Of a stretch of 37,672 bases of DNA, positions 32,348-37,672 are shown piece by piece. The translations under genes and the position numbers were made by a program. This DNA comes from a virus, in the IMG/VR virus record IMGVR_UViG_3300043015_000381, positions 1 through 37,672 of that record. One strand, given 5' to 3'. Numbering within the stretch: the stretch's first letter is position 1; each line of letters starts with the position of its first letter. The notes beneath the pieces are model-generated. The model searched no databases, had not been told where the DNA came from, and was given only the letters and a program-made list of their open reading frames with translations.

Positions 32348-34075
32348 TTACCCCTGACAACTTACACATTCTTCTGCATCCTTCAGCGCATTACGCTCTA
32401 CAGCTAGACCGACCTTATCAGCCTCTACAGCAGCGTTTGTACGGAAGTAATACAATCCCTTAAGTCCTTGCTTAAAAGCCCTCAGATGGACGCTGTTGAC
32501 GTATGAGCGTGGGCTGCCAGCAGGGAAGAACAAATTCACCGACTGTCCCTGACAAATAAAGCGCTGGCGCTCTGCTGCATGGTCAACTACATAGGTCTGG
32601 TCAATCTCAAAAGCTGTCTTAAAGATGTCCTTAATCTCTTGTGGAATATCTAGATGCTGTACTGAGCCATTGTTGTTAATGATACCTTTCCATACTGCAT
32701 CTGTATTCATACCTAGTTCTGTTAGTACTTTGTCTAGGTACTTGTTCTTAACTAGGTGAGCCCCTGCTCGTGTCCTGTGCGTAAATGCGTTGGACTTCAA
32801 AGGCTCTATAGAAGCTGTACATCCACATATGATACTGCTATTAGCATTAGGAGCGATAGCGAATATATGAGCATTACGTAGCCCAGTTCCACGAAGGTCG
32901 TTAGGTTCTCCTTTCTCTTTAGCCAGCTTAGCAGACTCTGCATAAGCCTTCTCCTTCATCTCTTTAAAGATGTTGTTGTTAAGGACTGATGCGCCTAGAT
33001 CGCCCCAAGCATATCCTTTCTGCTGTAGTAGTCCTGCAAAGCCCATAGCACCAATACCAATACTACGTTCCATCAGAGCACTGTAGCGAGCCTTCTCAAT
33101 CTCGTCTGGTGCGTGTTCAATGAAGAAGCTAAGCACATTGTCTAGGAAGCGTGTTAGGTCTGCAATCATATCTGTATTGCGCCACTCATCCCACTTCTCT
33201 AGGTTGACAGAGCTGAGGCAACATACTGCTGTGCGCTGTTCATCTGTGACAAGATGGATCTCATTGCAAAGGTTAGAGCCTCGTACTCTGAGTCCAGCCG
33301 CCTGCTGAGCTTGGTTGAGTCCTCTGTTTGCTGTGTCAATAAAGTTAATGTAAGGGCTTCCAGTTCGTACACGAGCTTCAAGTATTCGCTCCCATAGTTC
33401 TCTAGCTCTGACAACTTCTGTGCGTAATCCTGATGCTGGGTCAATGAGGTTCCATTCCCTATCATTCTCTACAGCCTCCATAAACTTGTCTGTTACGTTG
33501 ACAGCGTTGAACAAGTTGAAACACTTGCGGTTACTGTCGCCACCTGTAGGCATCTTGATGTTGATGAACTCTACAATGTCTGGGTGGTCAATGTCAATGT
33601 AGGCCGCATACGAGCCCTTACGAGTCTTGCCTTGCTTATAGGCAGTCATCTGTGCGTCAACTACCTTGACAAACGGGATAGTACCCGGGCTCTTATCAGA
33701 GATACCTCGGACATCGCTCCAGTGACCTCCTACACCGCCACCCTTTACACTAAGCCAAGCCACTTCTGCATTGTGCTCGATAAGGCCGTGTAGATCATCA
33801 GGCACATAAGTAAGGAAGCAACTAATAGGTAGCCCCTTGACTCCTTCACCCACGCTTGGAGCATTAGAAAGTACTGGGCTAGAGAACATAAACCAACGCT
33901 TGCTAGCGTAGTCATATATTCGTTGAGCAAAGTCCATGTCTCCTTCTGCATAGGCCATTGCAGCTCGTGCAAATGCGTCCTGTGGGTCTTCTCCAGCTCT
34001 ACAGTAGTAGTCCTTGAGCAAGCTTAGTGCCTGTTCGGAGAACCCCTTATTACGATCATAATCTACTTTAACCAT
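32348..34075 (-). CDS. nrdA: Ribonucleotide reductase large subunit (class I alpha, no ATP-cone evident)
   Basis: Active-site motifs GSNLCNEI, GLKGLYYFR and the C-terminal Cys pair CVSCQG. 575 aa. Confidence 0.85.
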   Translation of the reverse strand: MVKVDYDRNKGFSEQALSLLKDYYCRAGEDPQDAFARAAMAYAEGDMDFAQRIYDYASKRWFMFSSPVLSNAPSVGEGVKGLPISCFLTYVPDDLHGLIEHNAEVAWLSVKGGGVGGHWSDVRGISDKSPGTIPFVKVVDAQMTAYKQGKTRKGSYAAYIDIDHPDIVEFINIKMPTGGDSNRKCFNLFNAVNVTDKFMEAVENDREWNLIDPASGLRTEVVRARELWERILEARVRTGSPYINFIDTANRGLNQAQQAAGLRVRGSNLCNEIHLVTDEQRTAVCCLSSVNLEKWDEWRNTDMIADLTRFLDNVLSFFIEHAPDEIEKARYSALMERSIGIGAMGFAGLLQQKGYAWGDLGASVLNNNIFKEMKEKAYAESAKLAKEKGEPNDLRGTGLRNAHIFAIAPNANSSIICGCTASIEPLKSNAFTHRTRAGAHLVKNKYLDKVLTELGMNTDAVWKGIINNNGSVQHLDIPQEIKDIFKTAFEIDQTYVVDHAAERQRFICQGQSVNLFFPAGSPRSYVNSVHLRAFKQGLKGLYYFRTNAAVEADKVGLAVERNALKDAEECVSCQG

Positions 34076-34313
34076 TTAGTTTCTCTTTAAGCTCAGTGTA
34101 ACCACCAACATACTCGCCATTCATAAATATCTGAGGCACTTGTCGTACTCGCTGTCCTAGCCGCTTCTCAAGCTCTTCAAGACTGTCTAGGTCTACATCA
34201 ACCTGCCTATACTTGTAGTCTTGATTACGAGCTACACAGAGCAACTGAGCGTCTTTACAGTACTGACAAGCGCTAGTGCCGTAGATCTCAATCACCTTCG
34301 ACAACCTCTGCAT
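34068..34313 (-). CDS. Glutaredoxin / NrdH-like redoxin
   Basis: VIEIYGTSACQYC (CxxC) and VPQIFMNGEYVGGY. The only in-frame ATG is at 34313, because the ORF-track start is TTG. The gene overlaps the nrdA start by 8 nt. Confidence 0.8.
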   Translation of the reverse strand: MQRLSKVIEIYGTSACQYCKDAQLLCVARNQDYKYRQVDVDLDSLEELEKRLGQRVRQVPQIFMNGEYVGGYTELKEKLNG

Positions 34314-34503
34314 CCATATCTGTCTCAAGCTCAGCTCCAAGCTCTGCTGTAAGACGTTGCTCAAGAGCTACCATAGCGTTGGCTTCCATGACCTTAGCGT
34401 TCTTCATAGCCTGTGTAGACTGAATATCAGCAATCAAGTTCTTCGCTGTATCTGATACTGAGTCTAGGTTATATTCTACATCGTTAAAAGTAAATGTTTC
34501 CAT
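34288..34503 (-). CDS. Hypothetical acidic protein, 71 aa
   Basis: TAATG overlap with the mazG stop. Confidence 0.5.
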   Translation of the reverse strand: METFTFNDVEYNLDSVSDTAKNLIADIQSTQAMKNAKVMEANAMVALEQRLTAELGAELETDMDAEVVEGD

Positions 34504-34799
34504 TATGCTGCTTCCTTTACAAATACACCATCAATCATTCGTCCCTTACGTTGGGCAATTACACCGTATGCTGTGCGTAAGCAGTCACGGTAGTCTAGGC
34601 CGTACATCCTAGCGAGGATTACTAGAACCACTGCACAGTCCCCAATAGCGTCTGCGTACTCTGTTCGGTCGTCCTTCTCGTAAGCTTCCTTTAGTTCGTC
34701 TAGTTCCTCTTGAAGCTTGCATAACTGTCCCTCAATAGTGCCTTGTTCCAAAATACCACGATCTTCTGCCCAACCAACCACTAGGTCTTCTAAGCTCAC
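34503..34799 (-). CDS. mazG: MazG-like nucleotide pyrophosphohydrolase
   Basis: EELDELKEA...EYADAIGDCAVVLVILA pattern. The ORF-track start is TTG. A GTG at 34797-34799 lies 7 nt after AGGAG and is preferred. Confidence 0.75.
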   Translation of the reverse strand: MSLEDLVVGWAEDRGILEQGTIEGQLCKLQEELDELKEAYEKDDRTEYADAIGDCAVVLVILARMYGLDYRDCLRTAYGVIAQRKGRMIDGVFVKEAA

Positions 34800-34821
34800 G
34801 AGTTTGCTCCTGTAAACACGA

Positions 34822-35061
34822 TCATTTGTTATCCTCAATCATTCGTTCAATATACCAAATACATTTGCGTAGGTCTTCTACTGGTTTGTTCTTGTTTAAG
34901 TGCCGACTGAGATACTTTAACGCATTACCAAAGTAAAAGCTATAACAATCAGGCACTGTGTCGTCTATGTAGTCAATTACCTCTATCTCTTTGTTAGTAT
35001 AGTGACTAGGACGATCTACTGCATCCATGCGCTCGTCATGTGCGCTACTGAAATGGGTCAT
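34822..35061 (-). CDS. DUF3310-family protein
   Basis: PSHY...IEVIDYI...FGNALKYLSRH...DLRKCIWYIERMI matches the DUF3310 pattern from memory. GGAGGA RBS. Confidence 0.65.
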   Translation of the reverse strand: MTHFSSAHDERMDAVDRPSHYTNKEIEVIDYIDDTVPDCYSFYFGNALKYLSRHLNKNKPVEDLRKCIWYIERMIEDNK

Positions 35062-35233
35062 AGTCGTCCTCCAGTTCCTCTACAAGGCTGTCTAATTTGT
35101 TCTCTATGAAGTCTGTAAAGCGCTCTACAATGTCCTCTGATGTAATGTTTAGGACTTCTAGAAGCAATACTTCATCAAGACGCATTAGACGTTCCTTTGT
35201 CTCATTTAGTGTCAGCATCTTCTTTAAGCTCAT
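35045..35233 (-). CDS. Hypothetical acidic protein; start uncertain (62 aa, or 46 aa from the internal ATG at 35185)
   Basis: ORF. The best RBS (AAGGA) precedes the internal Met. Confidence 0.4.
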   Translation of the reverse strand: MSLKKMLTLNETKERLMRLDEVLLLEVLNITSEDIVERFTDFIENKLDSLVEELEDDYDPFQ

Positions 35234-35384
35234 AACCGAAGGAGGCCCCTAGAGTCTTTCGTAAGTCTTCCATGATATCCATCCAAGTTATGAAATCATC
35301 GTAGACTGTGTTCATTGAGATGGTCTGCGCAATCTTATCAGCGCCATCGCCGTCCTGTGTAACTGTAAGCTCAACTTTCATCAT
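35202..35384 (-). CDS. Hypothetical protein, 60 aa
   Basis: ATGA overlap with the endonuclease I stop. Confidence 0.5.
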   Translation of the reverse strand: MMKVELTVTQDGDGADKIAQTISMNTVYDDFITWMDIMEDLRKTLGASFGYELKEDADTK

Positions 35385-35800
35385 TTCTTAATCTTCCATT
35401 CTTTAGGTATAGTGTCTAAGGTAAAGTATCTGAAGTCATTGTATTCTGCCCAAGCTCCATGCGTCATCCTAGTACCATCTTTTCGCCTCTTAGCGTGTGG
35501 GAAGGGTGTTGCTGGGTTCTGGAATAGGAATACTAACTCTTCATTTTTTTCAAGACCGTCTCGTATATCTTTATACTTCCTAGCCTCTGCAGCATCTCGG
35601 AAGCGCCCTTTAGTTTCTATGTAGATTTTAAACCCTTTGGGACTGATATACAAGAAGTCAGGCTCATATATTTTATGTTGCACATATGAGATCTTATCAG
35701 GGTGGTACAGGCAGTTTCTCAAGTACTTTGTATGTGCATCGTGCTCAAAGAAACTGTCGTATCCCTTGGGTGGCTTTACCTTTCGTCTGGAGGTTGCCAT
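35381..35800 (-). CDS. Endonuclease I (T7 gp3-like Holliday junction resolvase)
   Basis: YEPDFLYISPKGFKIYIETKGRF parallels the T7 endonuclease I core YTPDFLLPNGIFVETKG. 139 aa. Confidence 0.7.
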   Translation of the reverse strand: MATSRRKVKPPKGYDSFFEHDAHTKYLRNCLYHPDKISYVQHKIYEPDFLYISPKGFKIYIETKGRFRDAAEARKYKDIRDGLEKNEELVFLFQNPATPFPHAKRRKDGTRMTHGAWAEYNDFRYFTLDTIPKEWKIKK

Positions 35801-36468
35801 ATCTCATCATCCTTACGTCTCATGTGAAGCAGTATAGCGTCCTCTACAGCCCTTTCACGGCTACCATGTGCCTCTAAGCACACGTTCCAGAAGTCCATCT
35901 CTGTCTTACATTCAACAAGTAGTTTGTCAGCTTTCTTAGGCCCAATGCCTTGTACGCCTCGTATATTATCAACTCTGTCACCAGTAAGCAACTGATGGTA
36001 GAAGTTGTATAGAGCCGTATCTTCGCCAACGTAGTAGAGTTTGTGTTTACGGAAGTTATAGTGCCAGCCTTGCACAGTGTCTAAGTCTTTGTCTATGCTT
36101 ATGCAGATGCACTTATCTCCCAGCTCAGTCATACGCTTACTTATAAGATCATCCGCTTCCTCCCCAACCGCAACAACAGCACCCCAATAGGTGACGAGTC
36201 GCTCTCGTAAGGCCTGTAAGTGCTCAGGCTTCTTAGCTGTGCGGTTCCCTTTGTAGGGCTGAGTAGTAGCGATCACCTCCCTATAGTTAGGTTTGTTTTT
36301 ATCCTTACCAGTTATAAAGAACTCGAACTGAAATACATCAGGTAGTTCAAACAGAAGGAGGTCGCAGATGAAACCGTCTAAGGTATTGAGGGCGCTCGTT
36401 TCTGAGTCACCCTCCGCACCAAAACCTATTTGATAAGTAAGTATGTCAGCATCGACAAGTCCAATCAT
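35776..36468 (-). CDS. 5'-3' exonuclease / flap endonuclease (T7 gp6 functional class)
   Basis: PIN-like N-terminus MIGLVDADILTY. Acidic clusters. H3TH motif GVQGIGPKKADKLL. Confidence 0.8.
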   Translation of the reverse strand: MIGLVDADILTYQIGFGAEGDSETSALNTLDGFICDLLLFELPDVFQFEFFITGKDKNKPNYREVIATTQPYKGNRTAKKPEHLQALRERLVTYWGAVVAVGEEADDLISKRMTELGDKCICISIDKDLDTVQGWHYNFRKHKLYYVGEDTALYNFYHQLLTGDRVDNIRGVQGIGPKKADKLLVECKTEMDFWNVCLEAHGSRERAVEDAILLHMRRKDDEIWQPPDER

Positions 36469-36872
36469 TAGAGAATGTCATCGTCATCATCAATGCTTAC
36501 TGGTTCTGCGTCAGTGTACGCTACAAGCTCGGTAATGGCAAGCTTTTTAAGTGAGGGGCTTACACCTTCTTTGTTACGGAAAGTCCAAGCATAGGAACCA
36601 ATTACTGCGATGGCTTTAGAGCCATTACCAACTGAAACACCGTCTAGTTCCAGACCATTCGCATCATAGGCTCGGATGGGATTATTAGACTTACAGGTAA
36701 TGAAGTCACCTTTGTCATCTTTGTTCTTAACTTCAATGCCCATATCACGTAGAGCTTGTGTAGCACCCGCACTTAGGTTACATAGATCTACTTGGTACTT
36801 ACCAGACATTTCGTTACGGATGTCAAGGTTAGCCCACATTACGTCTGCTTTCAGTTTGATTGGGTTGCTCAT
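36468..36872 (-). CDS. Single-stranded DNA-binding protein (gp2.5-like)
   Basis: 134 aa with an acidic C-terminal tail (SIDDDDDIL). Located between the polymerase and the exonuclease, with its own strong promoter. Confidence 0.6.
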   Translation of the reverse strand: MSNPIKLKADVMWANLDIRNEMSGKYQVDLCNLSAGATQALRDMGIEVKNKDDKGDFITCKSNNPIRAYDANGLELDGVSVGNGSKAIAVIGSYAWTFRNKEGVSPSLKKLAITELVAYTDAEPVSIDDDDDIL

Positions 36873-36911
36873 AGCAATTATCCTCTTTGGTTTATTTCAT
36901 TCTATATAAAT

Positions 36912-36940
36912 ATTATACCCTGTATTTTAGCAGGGGTCAA
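36912..36940 (-). promoter_or_regulatory. Near-consensus sigma70 promoter upstream of the SSB gene
   Basis: Minus strand reads TTGACC, 17 nt spacer, TATAAT, then ATT TATATAG. The spacer itself contains the hairpin CCCTG-n8-CAGGG. Confidence 0.65.
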
Positions 36941-36963
36941 CACTTTTTTACATTATTTGTAGC

Positions 36964-37672
36964 TTAGTGTGTATCTGCCCACGTCTTACCGTGATCTGCC
37001 TCTGCCGCTACCTCCAAGCGGAAGCCTAGTTGTTCGCCAGCAGTCTTAGCAGCCTCTACCAGCAGCTCTTTAAGCTTGTCTACGTCCTTGTCAGCACAGT
37101 CCCACTGCGTCTCATCGTGTACGAATGCTACAAGCTTAGCGTCTAGTTTGTGCTTAACCACCTGCTTCTGGCTCTCTACAAGCCACTGCTTAGCCACTAT
37201 AGCCCCTGCTGACTGCAAGAGCATATTCAAGGCGCTGTGCTCTGACTTTACCTGTATACGTCTACCGTCTAGTGCTGGAACCCAGCCTTTAGCGCTTATA
37301 CGTTTGACTTTCTCAATAAGCTTCTTCATTGAAGGTATCTTACGGAAGAAAGCTTGCTTTAGCTTCGCACCTTCCTTGCCGCCACCGCCAACGATAGAGC
37401 CAAGTTTGGCCTCACCTGCACCGTAGAGGAACGCATAGATGAATGTCTTTGCATCGTTTCGTGTAGGTAGACCTGCTGCCTCTTGGTTTGCTGTGTGTAT
37501 ATCACCTTCTAGTAGCTCCTTTGTGTATTTAGGGTCATTCATATAATGCGCTAGACATCTTAGCTCAATACCAGAAAGATCAGCGCCAACAAGAACTCTA
37601 TTACTTCCAACTGTCCATAACTCCCTACAATCGTGGTCTGATGGTATCTGAGCCATGTTAGGGCTACTGTGT
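36964..37672 (-). CDS. Family A DNA polymerase, C-terminal part (palm and fingers). Same gene as 1..1041.
   Basis: Motif A DLSGIELR, motif B RNDAKTFIYAFLYGAG (Tyr at the T7 Y526 position), motif C FVHDETQ. The frame is open to the window end and overlaps 1-127. Confidence 0.9.
   Translation of the reverse strand, partial: HSSPNMAQIPSDHDCRELWTVGSNRVLVGADLSGIELRCLAHYMNDPKYTKELLEGDIHTANQEAAGLPTRNDAKTFIYAFLYGAGEAKLGSIVGGGGKEGAKLKQAFFRKIPSMKKLIEKVKRISAKGWVPALDGRRIQVKSEHSALNMLLQSAGAIVAKQWLVESQKQVVKHKLDAKLVAFVHDETQWDCADKDVDKLKELLVEAAKTAGEQLGFRLEVAAEADHGKTWADTH
37546..37672. repeat. Second copy of the 127-bp contig-end overlap
   Basis: Identical to 1-127 by direct comparison. Confidence 0.95.

Noticed and set aside
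34503-34799. Z-genome (2-aminoadenine) pathway suggested by the MazG-like gene
   Set aside because: No PurZ-like (adenylosuccinate synthetase homologue, about 340 aa) or DatZ-like HD phosphohydrolase ORF is present. MazG alone is common in marine phages.
351-37426. Many long antisense or alternative-frame ORFs inside large genes (for example 351..587-, 1863..2225+, 2655..2993+, 9500..9865-, 11116..11454-, 14487..14714+, 15119..15370+, 22002..22316-, 24982..25335+, 26017..26433-, 37076..37426+)
   Set aside because: Each lies wholly within a longer ORF that has clear motifs or operon context. They lack RBSs and have skewed low-complexity composition, as expected of shadow frames.
1-37672. Prophage or temperate lifestyle (integrase, repressor, att sites)
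   Set aside because: I recognised no tyrosine or serine recombinase, CI/Cro-like HTH, or partition genes. The contig closes on itself without host flanks.

Overview
The window is one complete, tightly packed dsDNA phage genome. Bases 1-127 are identical to 37546-37672, so it is a circularly closed contig with a unique length of 37,545 bp. The junction falls inside a family-A DNA polymerase gene. Gene content is T7-supergroup, podovirus-like: gp4-like primase-helicase, PolA, gp2.5-like SSB, FEN-type 5'-3' exonuclease, endonuclease I, TerL, portal, scaffold, HK97-fold capsid, tail fibre and large internal-virion-like proteins. I found no phage RNA polymerase, integrase or repressor. Transcription instead appears to use near-consensus host sigma70-type promoters. 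The genome has two arms. They diverge from a repeat-bearing promoter region (5480-5900) and converge on a hairpin terminator (about 29298-29337). The minus arm (5479 down through 1, continuing 37545 down to 29349) carries replication and nucleotide-metabolism genes: nrdA, nrdB, thyX, glutaredoxin, MazG and DUF3310, plus many 43-120 aa unknowns chained by ATGA/TAATG overlaps. The plus arm (5901-29299) carries a small terminator-bounded accessory operon, then packaging, head, tail and lysis genes. The least explained structure is a 968-bp non-coding region (6949-7916) just upstream of the packaging genes. It holds at least five distinct repeat families, one shared with the divergent promoter region. 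I interpret it as a candidate packaging-initiation, terminus or origin hub with an unidentified DNA-binding partner. All functional calls come from motif recognition by eye. No database search was run.
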